Positions 17,858 to 29,783 of a stretch of DNA of 35,893 bases are shown in pieces. The position numbers and the translations under genes were made by a program. Position 1 is the stretch's first letter; each line of letters opens with the position of its first letter. The notes under the pieces are model-generated. The model saw only the letters and a list, made by a program, of their open reading frames with translations, was not told the DNA's origin and searched no databases. The stretch comes from Sphingomonas sp. (lineage in GTDB: Bacteria > Pseudomonadota > Alphaproteobacteria > Sphingomonadales > Sphingomonadaceae). The DNA is taken from positions 1 through 35,893 of the forward strand of contig DASTLZ010000160.1 of NCBI GenBank assembly GCA_035714425.1. The letters run 5' to 3'.

Positions 17858-18448
17858 ATGGACACCGATTTGCCCGATATCGCTCTCTTGAACAGCCTGA
17901 TCGAACCCGAAGCCAGGGCGCTCGGCTTCGATCTGGTGCGCGTGCGCATGCAGGGCGGCAAGGGCGATCCGACGTTGCAGGTGATGGCCGAACGCCCCGA
18001 CACCCGCCAGTTGACGATCGACGATTGCGCCGATCTGTCACGCCGCATTTCCGACCTGATGGACACGCTGGAAGCCGAAGGGCGCGACCCGATCGAATAC
18101 GCCTATCGCCTGGAAGTGTCGTCGCCCGGCATCGACCGGCCGTTGACGCGGCTGCGCGATTTCGCCGACTGGCAGGGCCACGAAGCCCGCGTGCGCCTGG
18201 TCGAGCCGATCGACGGCCGCAAGCAGCTGACGGGCAATCTGGCGGGGGTGGAGGATGACTGGGTGTCGGTCGACCTCGGTCAATATGGCGTCGTCGGGGT
18301 CGGCTTTGCGCAGATCGCCGACGCCAAATTGGTGATGACCGATCGCCTGATCGCCGCCACCGCACCGCTGTCGGCCGACGGTGCCGACGAATTCGAAGAA
18401 GCTCAAGACGAAGCGTCGGACGAGACGCAAGCAGAGGAAACCAACTGA
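17858..18448 (+). CDS. rimP: Ribosome maturation factor RimP (start 17858, or TTG at 17870)
   Basis: IDDCADLSR, YRLEVSSPGIDRPL; directly upstream of nusA. Confidence 0.95.
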   Translation: MDTDLPDIALLNSLIEPEARALGFDLVRVRMQGGKGDPTLQVMAERPDTRQLTIDDCADLSRRISDLMDTLEAEGRDPIEYAYRLEVSSPGIDRPLTRLRDFADWQGHEARVRLVEPIDGRKQLTGNLAGVEDDWVSVDLGQYGVVGVGFAQIADAKLVMTDRLIAATAPLSADGADEFEEAQDEASDETQAEETN

Positions 18449-20091
18449 TGGCCACCGCCGCAACCGCCACCGCCAACCGTGCGGAGCTGATCGCGATCGC
18501 CAATTCGGTCGCGTCGGAAAAGATGATCGACAAGGCCATCGTGATCGAAGCGATGGAAGACGCGATCCAGCGCGCGGCAAAGGCGCGTTACGGCGCGGAG
18601 AACGACATCCGCGCGAAGCTCGACCCGCAGACCGGCGACCTGCGCTTGTGGCGCGTCGTCGAAGTGGTCGAGGGCGTCGACGATTATTTCAAGCAGATCG
18701 ACCTGAAGGGCGCCGAAAAGCTTCAGAAGGGCGCCGCGATCGGCGATTACATCGTCGATCCGCTGCCCCCGATCGAGTTCGGCCGCATTGCGGCGCAGGC
18801 GGCCAAGCAGGTGATCTTCCAGAAGGTCCGCGATGCCGAGCGCGAGCGCCAGTTCGAAGAATTCAAGGATCGTCAGGGCGAGATCATCACCGGCGTCGTC
18901 AAGCGTGTCGAATTCGGCCACGTCGTGGTGGATCTGGGCCGCGCCGAAGGCGTCATCCGCCGCGACGCGCAGATTCCGCGCGAAGTGGTGCGCGTCAACG
19001 ACCGCATCCGCTCGCTGATCTTCAAGGTGGTGCGCGAGAACCGCGGGCCGCAGATATTCCTCAGCCGCGCGCACCCCGATTTCATGAAGAAGCTGTTCGC
19101 GCAGGAAGTGCCCGAAATCTACGATGGCATCATCGAGATCAAGGCAGCGGCGCGCGATCCTGGCAGCCGCGCGAAGATCGGCGTCATCAGCCATGACAGC
19201 TCGATCGACCCCGTCGGCGCCTGCGTGGGCATGAAGGGCAGCCGCGTACAGGCCGTCGTGCAGGAAATGCAGGGCGAAAAGATCGACATCATCCCCTGGT
19301 CCGCCGACACCGCGACCTTCGTCGTCAACGCGTTGCAGCCGGCGTCGGTCAGCCGCGTCGTGATCGACGAGGAAGAGGACCGGATCGAAGTCGTCGTGCC
19401 CGACGATCAGCTCAGCCTCGCCATCGGCCGTCGCGGACAGAACGTTCGTCTCGCCAGCCAGCTGACCGGCAAGGCGATCGACATCCTGACTGAACAGGAC
19501 GCCAGCGAAAAGCGCCAGAAGGAATTCGCCGAGCGGACCGAGATGTTCCAGACCGAGCTGGACGTCGACGAGACGCTGGCCCAGCTGCTGGTGGCCGAGG
19601 GCTTCGGCGCGCTCGAAGAAGTGGCCTATGTCGAACTCGACGAAATCGCCGGGATCGAAGGCTTCGACGAAGACCTGGGCCAGGAATTGCAGAGTCGCGC
19701 TGTCGAGGCGCTGGAGCGCCGCGAAGCCGCCAATCGCGAGGAACGCACCGCAATGGGCGTCGAGGACGCGCTGGCCGATCTGCCGTATCTGACCGAGGCC
19801 ATGTTGGTCACGCTGGGCAAGGCGGGCATCAAGACGCTGGACGATCTCGCCGATCTCGCGACCGACGAACTGGTCGAAAAGAAGCGCCCGGAACAGCGCC
19901 GCCGCAAGGAGGACGCCCCCAAGCGTCCCGAGCACAAGGGCGGCGTGCTAGCCGATTTCGGCCTGTCCGAAGAACAGGGCAACGAGATTATCATGGCTGC
20001 CCGCGCGCATTGGTTCGACGACGAACCCGCCGCGCCTGCCGTAGCCGCCGATACGGTAGTGGCCGATACCGCGGAGGGCGAAGACGCCTGA
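18448..20091 (+). CDS. nusA: Transcription termination/antitermination factor NusA
   Basis: FGRIAAQAAKQVI, S1 and KH domains (ARDPGSRAKI, GACVGMKGSRV, AIGRRGQNVRLA), acidic C-terminal repeats. Confidence 0.99.
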   Translation: MATAATATANRAELIAIANSVASEKMIDKAIVIEAMEDAIQRAAKARYGAENDIRAKLDPQTGDLRLWRVVEVVEGVDDYFKQIDLKGAEKLQKGAAIGDYIVDPLPPIEFGRIAAQAAKQVIFQKVRDAERERQFEEFKDRQGEIITGVVKRVEFGHVVVDLGRAEGVIRRDAQIPREVVRVNDRIRSLIFKVVRENRGPQIFLSRAHPDFMKKLFAQEVPEIYDGIIEIKAAARDPGSRAKIGVISHDSSIDPVGACVGMKGSRVQAVVQEMQGEKIDIIPWSADTATFVVNALQPASVSRVVIDEEEDRIEVVVPDDQLSLAIGRRGQNVRLASQLTGKAIDILTEQDASEKRQKEFAERTEMFQTELDVDETLAQLLVAEGFGALEEVAYVELDEIAGIEGFDEDLGQELQSRAVEALERREAANREERTAMGVEDALADLPYLTEAMLVTLGKAGIKTLDDLADLATDELVEKKRPEQRRRKEDAPKRPEHKGGVLADFGLSEEQGNEIIMAARAHWFDDEPAAPAVAADTVVADTAEGEDA

Positions 20092-20321
20092 TGCCCTTCG
20101 TTTCGATCCGCATGGCCGGCACGGCCACCCGCGCGCAGAAAGCGGCGATCGTTCAGGACGTGACCGACAGCCTGGTCGCGCATCTGGGCAAGAACCGTGC
20201 CGCCGTGCAGATCGTGATCGAGGAAGTTTCGCTCGAAAATTACGGTGCGGGCGGCCAGTTGATCGCCGACCGCGACGCGATCCCATCACGGGAGGACGCG
20301 CATGCGGACCCTTCCCGATGA
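20091..20321 (+). CDS. 4-oxalocrotonate tautomerase family protein
   Basis: Starts M-P (catalytic Pro1), 76 aa, QKAAIV and VIEEV..ENYGAGG pattern; TGATG coupling to nusA. Confidence 0.85.
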   Translation: MPFVSIRMAGTATRAQKAAIVQDVTDSLVAHLGKNRAAVQIVIEEVSLENYGAGGQLIADRDAIPSREDAHADPSR

Positions 20322-20499
20322 GTATCTGAGCGGCACCCCCCGCCACACAGCCCACCACACCATCTACCGCCCCGGCGAAGGCCGGGGCCCGGCTGGGAAA
20401 GCCTCCGTAACGACGGGCCGTCCGTCACCGTTCCGCTCCCCCGACTGGTCTCCGGCCTTCGCCGGGGTGGTGGCGCGCGCTGAGGGCCCGCCCCCATGA
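20302..20499 (+). CDS. 65-codon ORF, probably the detached N-terminus of the DUF448 gene, containing a family B repeat
   Basis: GGAGGA at 20291-20296 lies 5 nt before the ATG; the frame reads through the palindrome; the stop overlaps the ATG at 20496 (ATGA). Confidence 0.5.
   Translation: MRTLPDEYLSGTPRHTAHHTIYRPGEGRGPAGKASVTTGRPSPFRSPDWSPAFAGVVARAEGPPP
20366..20471. repeat. Family B palindromic element (inverted pair of REP-like hairpins)
   Basis: Left end ACCGCCCCGGCGAAGGCCGGGG; right end CCGGCCTTCGCCGGGGTGGT, its reverse complement with one mismatch over 20 nt. Confidence 0.85.
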
Positions 20500-21205
20500 C
20501 CGCCGCGGAACCGATCCGCAAATGCATCCTCTCACAGGATCGCGGTGCGCGCGACCATCTCGTGCGCCTCGCGCTCGCGCCCGACGGCCAGGTGCTGCCC
20601 GACGTCCGGGCCAAGGCGCCCGGGCGCGGCGCGTGGATCGGCGCGACGCGGGCCGAACTCGACGTTGCCCTTGCCAAGGGTAAGCTGAAAGGTGCGCTGG
20701 CGCGCGCGTTCAAGACGTCCGATTTCGTCATTCCCGCCGATCTGCCCGATCGCATCGCCGCCGCGCTGGAACGCAATGCGCTCGACCGGCTCGGCCTCGA
20801 ATCGCGCTCCGGCATGCTGCTGACGGGATCGGACAAGATCGCGAGCGCCGCGCGGGGCGGGCAGTTGCAGGCCCTGTACCATGCCGCCGATGCCGCGGCG
20901 GACGGTGCGGGCAAGCTGGCGCAGGCGTGGCGCGTCGGCTCCGATCGCGAAGGCTCCGATCTCAGGGGCTTGGCGTTGCCGGTGCCGCGCACCATATTGG
21001 CGTTGGCGCTGGGGCGCGAGAATGTGGTACACATCGGCTTGACCGACCGCGCTGCAGCAAAGCGGGTAAGCGAAGCGCTTGCCCGCTGGCTGCATTTCAT
21101 CGGACCAGAATCCCTATCGGCACCTTGCGAAACGGCCTCGCAGGGCGCATCGGCGCCCGGTTCGCACCGGGCACAGACGGCCGTAAGTACGCACGAGGAA
21201 TTTGA

Positions 21206-21209
<4 letters not shown>
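20496..21209 (+). CDS. DUF448/YlxR family RNA-binding protein with an L7Ae-like C-terminal part
   Basis: PIRKCILS, LVRLAL, PDVRAKAPGRGAWI, ALGRENVVH; conserved position between nusA and infB. Confidence 0.88.
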
Positions 21210-24010
<2,801 letters not shown>

Positions 24011-24015
24011 CCCCC

Positions 24016-24106
24016 TCATGCCGGCTCACGCCGGCATCTCCCAGCCGCGGGCGCGACGCACGATCGTCGGACCTGCGGCCGGGGGGCTCCGGCCATGCCG
24101 GGGTGA
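24016..24106. repeat. Degenerate family B-like palindromic element between infB and rbfA
   Basis: Left hairpin TCATGCCGGC-TCAC-GCCGGCAT and right hairpin CTCCGGC-CAT-GCCGGGGTGA in inverted arrangement. Confidence 0.6.
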
Positions 24107-24124
24107 TGCAGCGACGGCAGCGCC

Positions 24125-24511
24125 ATGAACAAAGAGCCCCAGGAAAAGTCGGTCCGCACGCTGCGTGTCGGCGAACAGATGCGCCACATCCTGTCGGAAG
24201 TGCTCGCGCGCGGCGACGTGCATGACGACACGCTCGCCAAGCATATGGTCTCCGTCACCGAAGTCCGCATGTCGCCCGACCTGCGCCACGCGACCGTGTT
24301 CGTGAAGCCGCTGCTGGGCAAGGACGAGGCGGCGGTGCTGAAGGCGCTGCGCACCAACACCGCCTATCTCCAGCGCGAAGTCGCCACCCGCGTGAAGATG
24401 AAATATGCCGCGAAGCTCAAATTCCTGGCCGACGAAAGCTTCGACGAAGGCAGCCACATCGATGCCCTCCTCCGCAAACCCGAAGTCGCCCGCGACCTGG
24501 GCGGGGATTGA
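24125..24511 (+). CDS. rbfA: Ribosome-binding factor A
   Basis: [40 protein letters not shown]; follows infB. Confidence 0.97.
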   Translation: MNKEPQEKSVRTLRVGEQMRHILSEVLARGDVHDDTLAKHMVSVTEVRMSPDLRHATVFVKPLLGKDEAAVLKALRTNTAYLQREVATRVKMKYAAKLKFLADESFDEGSHIDALLRKPEVARDLGGD

Positions 24512-24539
24512 CGGCACGCTTGGTAAGGCGCATCTTACC
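24508..24539 (+). promoter_or_regulatory. Putative toxin-antitoxin promoter with a palindromic operator
   Basis: TTGACG (24508-24513)-N17-CATCTT (24531-24536); inverted repeat GGTAAG-N6-CTTACC (24522-24539) overlaps the -10 element. Confidence 0.7.
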
Positions 24540-24542
24540 CGC

Positions 24543-24821
24543 ATGAACGCACATTCGGCAAAATTCTCGGCAAAAGGTCAGATCGTCATCCCCAAGGATG
24601 TGCGCGACCGCTATCGCTTCGGCAATGGCGACGTCGTCGACGTGATCGAGACGACGGAAGGCGTATTGCTGAAGCGCCCGAGCAGCACGAAGGCGGCGTC
24701 GTTCGAAGATGCGCTGGCCCGTATCCGCGCCGCGGTTCGCTACGATGGCCCGCGCCTCGACGAAGGCGATTGGCAGGCCGGCATCGCCGCTGCCGTTCGG
24801 GAGAAATGGACGGGTCAGTGA
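24543..24821 (+). CDS. AbrB/MazE/SpoVT family antitoxin (VapB-like)
   Basis: SAKGQIVIPKDVRDR...GDVV motif, 92 aa, GTGA overlap with the PIN gene. Confidence 0.9.
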   Translation: MNAHSAKFSAKGQIVIPKDVRDRYRFGNGDVVDVIETTEGVLLKRPSSTKAASFEDALARIRAAVRYDGPRLDEGDWQAGIAAAVREKWTGQ

Positions 24822-25207
24822 TCGCTGCCGACACCAATCTGTTGGTCCGCCTCATCACGCGCGACGATCCCCGACTTGCGGAGCGCAGCGAGAGTGTGCT
24901 GGCTAGCGGTGCCTATATTTCACCAACGGTGCTCCTGGAAACTGCCTGGGTCCTCGCCTATTCCTATTCCATCGGGCGCGCGGCTTTGGCCGAGGCGCTG
25001 GAAGGCGTCCTCGACATGCCCAGCATCCAGGTCGCGGACGAATCGGCGATACGCTGGGCTTTGTCGCGCTATCGGGACGGCGCGGACATTGCCGACATGG
25101 TCCATCTGACGCAGGCAGGCCGCGCCGAAGTTTTCGTCACCTTCGATCGCGGGGTTGCGCGACAGGCCGGTCCGGACGCGCCGCTGCGGATCGAGACGCT
25201 GCGCTGA
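24818..25207 (+). CDS. vapC: PIN-domain toxin, VapC family
   Basis: IAADTNLLVR, VLLETAWVL, DIADMVH, FVTFD: the acidic PIN tetrad; 129 aa. Confidence 0.9.
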   Translation: MIAADTNLLVRLITRDDPRLAERSESVLASGAYISPTVLLETAWVLAYSYSIGRAALAEALEGVLDMPSIQVADESAIRWALSRYRDGADIADMVHLTQAGRAEVFVTFDRGVARQAGPDAPLRIETLR

Positions 25208-25208
25208 T

Positions 25209-25787
25209 ATGGCCAAGCTCTATTTCTACTACGCCTCGATGAACGCCGGCAAATCCACGACGCTGCTGCAAGCCGATTTCAATTATCGCGAGCGGGGGAT
25301 GCGCACGATGCTGTTCACCGCGGCGCTCGACGATCGCTTCGCTGCCGGGACGATCGCGTCGCGCATCGGGCTGGAGGCGCCTGCGTCGATGTTCGATCGC
25401 ACCACCCAGATCGCGGCTCTCGTGGAGGCCGAACACGCCCGCGCGCCGCTGGCCTGCGTGCTCGTCGACGAAGCGCAATTTCTGACCGCGGATCAAGTTG
25501 ACCAATTGGCCCACATCGCCGACGTCACCGGCATCCCCGTACTCACCTACGGCTTGCGCACCGATTTCGTCGGTGCCTTGTTCGAAGGCTCGGCGCGGCT
25601 GCTCGCGCTTGCCGATGCGCTGGTCGAGATCAAGTCGGTCTGCGATTGCGGGCGCAAGGCGACGATGAACCTGCGCATCGATGGCGAGGGCCGTCCCGTC
25701 CTCCAGGGCCACCAGACCGAAATCGGCGGCAACGATCGCTATGTCGCGCTGTGCCGCCGCCACTTCACCGCCGCGTTGGCTAGCTGA
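25209..25787 (+). CDS. tdk: Thymidine kinase
   Basis: MAKLYFYYASMNAGKST, VDEAQFL, YGLRTDF, CDCGRKA, YVALCRRH. Confidence 0.97.
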   Translation: MAKLYFYYASMNAGKSTTLLQADFNYRERGMRTMLFTAALDDRFAAGTIASRIGLEAPASMFDRTTQIAALVEAEHARAPLACVLVDEAQFLTADQVDQLAHIADVTGIPVLTYGLRTDFVGALFEGSARLLALADALVEIKSVCDCGRKATMNLRIDGEGRPVLQGHQTEIGGNDRYVALCRRHFTAALAS

Positions 25788-26782
25788 TGCACGGCTGGAT
25801 CATCCTCGACAAGCCGCTTGGCCTCGGCTCGACGCAAGGGGTGTCCGCGGTCAAGCGCGCCCTGCGGGCTGGCGGTTATGGCAAGGCGAAGGTCGGCCAC
25901 GGCGGTACGCTCGATCCGCTGGCGACGGGCGTGCTGCCGATCGCGATCGGCGAAGCGACCAAGCTGGCGGGGCGGCTGCTCGACAGCGACAAGGTGTATG
26001 ATTTCACCATCCGCTTCGGTGAACAGACCGACACGCTGGACGGGGAGGGGGCGGTGATCGCCACGTCCACCGTCCGCCCCACCGCCGCCGCGGTCGAGGC
26101 CGTGCTTGCGCGCTTCACCGGCCCGATCGCACAAGTGCCACCGGCCTATTCCGCGCTGAAGGTCGACGGCGCCCGGGCCTACGACCTCGCCCGCGCTGGC
26201 GAAGACGTGATCCTCGCCAGCCGCGACGTGACCATCCACCAACTCCATTCCTTCCCGGCGCGGGGAGGGGGGCTGCCGCGCAGCGGTGGTGGAGGGGGCG
26301 CCACCACCATTGCTCCGCTCGGGGAAGCCCCCCTCCACCAGCCTGCGGCCGGTCCCCCTCCCCGTGCCGGGGAGGAATTGTCCCAGACCACCCTGACCGC
26401 GCACGTCTCGAAAGGCACCTATATCCGCAGTCTGGCGCGCGACATCGCGCTCGCGCTGGGCACAGTCGGGCATGTCGTCATGCTGCGCCGGACGAAGGCC
26501 GGGCCGTTCGATCTGCGTCACGCGATATCGCTGGACAAGCTGGCGGATCTGGGGCAGGCGCACGCGCTTGAAGGCATTACCCTGCCTCTGAGGGCGGGGC
26601 TGGACGACATCCCGGCTCTATCCCTCACCCCCGATCAGGCAGGGGCGCTCCGCCAGGGGCGTGCACTGACCGGGATCGCCGCGCAAGACGGCCTGACCTT
26701 CGCGATGCTCGACGACGTCCCCGTGGCGCTGGTCGAGGTGATCGCGGGCATGGTCCGGGTCGAACGCGGCTTCAACCTGTGA
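25787..26782 (+). CDS. truB: tRNA pseudouridine(55) synthase, with a repeat-derived internal insertion
   Basis: [48 protein letters not shown]. Confidence 0.98.
   Translation: MHGWIILDKPLGLGSTQGVSAVKRALRAGGYGKAKVGHGGTLDPLATGVLPIAIGEATKLAGRLLDSDKVYDFTIRFGEQTDTLDGEGAVIATSTVRPTAAAVEAVLARFTGPIAQVPPAYSALKVDGARAYDLARAGEDVILASRDVTIHQLHSFPARGGGLPRSGGGGGATTIAPLGEAPLHQPAAGPPPRAGEELSQTTLTAHVSKGTYIRSLARDIALALGTVGHVVMLRRTKAGPFDLRHAISLDKLADLGQAHALEGITLPLRAGLDDIPALSLTPDQAGALRQGRALTGIAAQDGLTFAMLDDVPVALVEVIAGMVRVERGFNL
26249..26376. repeat. Family A palindromic element in frame within truB (128 bp)
   Basis: TCCTTCCC...GGGGAGGGGG...GGTGGTGGAGGGGG...CCCCCTCCACCA...CGGTCCCCCTCCCC...GGGGAGGA. Confidence 0.92.
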
Positions 26783-26801
26783 TGTCGAGGACGATATTCG
26801 A

Positions 26802-27071
26802 ATGACGATCACTGCCGAGCGCAAGACCGAATTGGTCAAGGAACATGCCCGCGCCGAGGGCGATACCGGGTCCCCGGAAGTCCAGGTCGCGATCCTGACC
26901 GAGCGGATCAAGAACCTCACCGAGCATTTCAAGGGCCACAAGAAGGACAACCACTCGCGTCGTGGTCTTTTGATGATGGTCAACAAGCGGCGGTCGCTGC
27001 TGGATTACCTTCGCCATACCGAAGGCCAGCGCTACCTCGATCTGATCGCGAAGCTGGGTCTTCGCAAGTAA
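26802..27071 (+). CDS. rpsO: 30S ribosomal protein S15
   Basis: [25 protein letters not shown], 89 aa. Confidence 0.99.
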   Translation: MTITAERKTELVKEHARAEGDTGSPEVQVAILTERIKNLTEHFKGHKKDNHSRRGLLMMVNKRRSLLDYLRHTEGQRYLDLIAKLGLRK

Positions 27072-27079
27072 TTCGTGGA

Positions 27080-27102
27080 AAGGGCGCCCTTGCGGCGCCC
27101 TT
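27080..27102 (+). terminator. Hairpin after rpsO (weak terminator or processing stem)
   Basis: AAGGGCGCC-CTTGC-GGCGCCCTT with only a short pyrimidine tail. Confidence 0.55.
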
Positions 27103-27233
27103 CTCGCATCTGTCGCGTTACGCAATCCGGCGGCGCGGCTGGGGGCCGCAAGAGGCTCCACACCGACGCAGGCCGGCTTAGCCTGCATTAGAGGCCCCGC
27201 CACGCATCGGGCGTGCGGAGTGAAGGAAAAAGA

Positions 27234-29606
27234 ATGTTCGATACCAAGATCGTGACGACCCAATGGGGCAACCAGACGCTCACCCTCGAAACCGGCCGCG
27301 TCGCGCGCCAGGCCGACGGCGCCGTGCTGGCGACGTTGGGTGAAACCGTGGTGCTCTGCGCCGTCACTGCCGCCCGTTCGATAAAGGAGGGGCAGGATTT
27401 CTTCCCGCTGACCGTCCATTACCAGGAAAAATTCTCCGCCAGCGGCCGTATCCCCGGCGGCTTCTTCAAGCGTGAGCGCGGCGCGACCGAAAAGGAAACG
27501 CTGACCAGCCGCCTGATCGATCGCCCGATCCGCCCGCTGTTCCCGGAAGGGTTCTACAACGAAATCAACGTCATCTGCCAGGTTTTGAGCTATGATGGCG
27601 AGAATGAGCCCGATATCGTCGCGATGGTCGCCGCGTCCGCCGCGCTGACCATTTCGGGCGTGCCCTTCATGGGCCCGATCGGCGCCGCGCGCGTCGGCTA
27701 TGTCGATGGCGAATATATCCTGAACCCGACCCTGGATCAGGTGAAGCAGGGCGATCTTGATCTGGTCGTCGCCGCCACGCCGGGCGCGGTGATGATGGTC
27801 GAATCCGAAGCCAAGGAGCTGTCCGAAGAGGTCATGCTCGGTGCCGTCCAGTTCGCGCACAAGGCCTGCCGCCAGGCCGCCGACGCGATCATCGACCTGG
27901 CTGAAAAGGCTGCCAAGGACCCGTGGGAAATGGCGCCCCAGGCCGATCTGTCGGCTGCCAAGACCAAGCTGAAGACGCTGATCGGCAAGGATATCGCCGC
28001 GGCGTACAAGATCACCGACAAGTCGAAGCGTTCCGGCCTGCTGAACGAAGCGCGGGCGAAGGGCAAGGCGGCGTTCGCCGATGCCGCGCCGCAGGATCAG
28101 ATGGCTGCCGGCAAGCTGATGAAGAAGCTGGAAGCCGAAATCGTCCGCGGCGCCATCCTGAAGGACGGCAAGCGCATCGACGGCCGCACGACCACGCAGA
28201 TCCGCCCGATCGAAGCGATGGTCCACTTCCTGCCGCGCGCGCACGGATCGGCGCTGTTCACCCGTGGCGAGACGCAGGCGATCTGCACGACGACGCTTGG
28301 CACCCGCGATGCGGAGCAGATGATCGATGGGCTGAACGGCCTGTCGTATGAAAACTTCATGCTCCACTATAACTTCCCGCCCTATTCGGTCGGTGAAGTC
28401 GGCCGCTTCGGCGCCCCGGGCCGCCGCGAAGTTGGCCACGGCAAGCTGGCATGGCGTGCGCTGCATCCGGTGCTGCCATCGAAGGACGAGTTTCCGTACA
28501 CGATCCGCGTCCTCAGCGACATCACGGAGAGCAACGGATCGTCGTCGATGGCGACGGTGTGCGGCGGTTCGCTGTCGATGATGGATGCCGGCGTGCCGCT
28601 GAAGCGTCCGGTGTCGGGGATCGCGATGGGTCTGATCCTGGAAGGGAAGGACTTCGCCGTCCTCTCCGACATTCTGGGTGACGAGGATCATCTGGGCGAT
28701 ATGGATTTCAAGGTCGCAGGCACGTCTGAGGGCATCACCACGATGCAGATGGACATCAAGATCGCCGGTATCACCGAAGAGATCATGGGCAAGGCGCTGG
28801 CGCAGGCCAAGGAAGGCCGCGCGCACATCCTGGGCGAAATGGCCAAGGCGCTGGATCACACGCGTGAAGAACTGTCGGCGCACGCACCGCGCATCGAAAG
28901 CTTCACGATCGACAAGTCGAAGATCCGTGAAGTCATCGGCACCGGCGGCAAGGTGATCCGCGAGATCGTCGCGCAGACCGGCGCCAAGGTCGACATCGAC
29001 GACGAGGGCGTCATCAAGGTGTCGTCGTCCGATCCCGCGCAGATCGAAGCCGCGATCAAGTGGATCAAGGGCCTGGTCGAGGAAGCGGAAGTCGGCAAGG
29101 TGTACGACGGCAAGGTCGTCAACATGGTCGATTTCGGCGCGTTCGTGAACTTCATGGGCGGCAAGGACGGCCTTGTCCACGTCTCCGAAATTCGCAACGA
29201 GCGGGTCGAGAAGGTGTCGGATGCGCTGACTGAGGGTCAGGCCGTGAAGGTCAAGGTTCTTGAAATCGATCCGCGCGGCAAGGTTCGCCTGTCGATGCGC
29301 GTCGTCGATCAGGAAACCGGCGCCGAGCTGGAAGACACCCGTCCGGCCCGCGAACCGCGCGGCGATCGTCCCGATCGCGGCCCGCGCAGCGGCGGTGGCG
29401 GTGGCGGTGGCGGTGATCGCGGCCCGCGTCGTGACGGCGGCGGCGGCGGCGGTCGCGACGAAAGCCGCGGCCCGCGCCGCGACCGTGGCGATCGTGCCCC
29501 GCGCGCGGAGGGCGATCGTGCTCCCCGTGGTAATGGCGGCGGCGGCAACGAAGACGGCCCCGCGCCGGAATTCGCGCCGGCCTTCCTGACCGGCGACCGC
29601 GACTGA
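27234..29606 (+). CDS. pnp: Polyribonucleotide nucleotidyltransferase (PNPase)
   Basis: [46 protein letters not shown] and S1 domains; AAGGAA ribosome-binding site at 27223-27228. Confidence 0.99.
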   Translation: MFDTKIVTTQWGNQTLTLETGRVARQADGAVLATLGETVVLCAVTAARSIKEGQDFFPLTVHYQEKFSASGRIPGGFFKRERGATEKETLTSRLIDRPIRPLFPEGFYNEINVICQVLSYDGENEPDIVAMVAASAALTISGVPFMGPIGAARVGYVDGEYILNPTLDQVKQGDLDLVVAATPGAVMMVESEAKELSEEVMLGAVQFAHKACRQAADAIIDLAEKAAKDPWEMAPQADLSAAKTKLKTLIGKDIAAAYKITDKSKRSGLLNEARAKGKAAFADAAPQDQMAAGKLMKKLEAEIVRGAILKDGKRIDGRTTTQIRPIEAMVHFLPRAHGSALFTRGETQAICTTTLGTRDAEQMIDGLNGLSYENFMLHYNFPPYSVGEVGRFGAPGRREVGHGKLAWRALHPVLPSKDEFPYTIRVLSDITESNGSSSMATVCGGSLSMMDAGVPLKRPVSGIAMGLILEGKDFAVLSDILGDEDHLGDMDFKVAGTSEGITTMQMDIKIAGITEEIMGKALAQAKEGRAHILGEMAKALDHTREELSAHAPRIESFTIDKSKIREVIGTGGKVIREIVAQTGAKVDIDDEGVIKVSSSDPAQIEAAIKWIKGLVEEAEVGKVYDGKVVNMVDFGAFVNFMGGKDGLVHVSEIRNERVEKVSDALTEGQAVKVKVLEIDPRGKVRLSMRVVDQETGAELEDTRPAREPRGDRPDRGPRSGGGGGGGGDRGPRRDGGGGGGRDESRGPRRDRGDRAPRAEGDRAPRGNGGGGNEDGPAPEFAPAFLTGDRD

Positions 29607-29634
29607 TCTTTCGCGGCACGGCCTCGAAAACAAG

Positions 29635-29666
29635 AAGAGGGGCTCGGGCAACCGGGTCCCTTTTTT
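29635..29666 (+). terminator. Rho-independent terminator after pnp
   Basis: GGGGCTCGG-GCAA-CCGGGTCCC stem (GNRA loop, G-U pairs) followed by TTTTTT. Confidence 0.85.
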
Positions 29667-29783
29667 GCGTCACGCCTCCTGCCGCGATCCCCTGATCCGG
29701 CACCGTTGAGACTTTCTTTCCCCTTTTGATGCAAAGGGAAGTGTCGGCATCGCTCGCTTGCCGCTGCCGGGGTTGCGCAACGC

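Noticed and set aside
26772-29651. 959-aa minus-strand ORF opposite rpsO/pnp
   Set aside because: Antisense shadow of strongly biased GC-rich genes; no recognisable motifs.
29667-29783. Possible sigma54 promoter before the sugar transferase (CGGCATCGCTCGCTTGC)
   Set aside because: Spacing from GG to the TTGC is 12 nt rather than the required 10.
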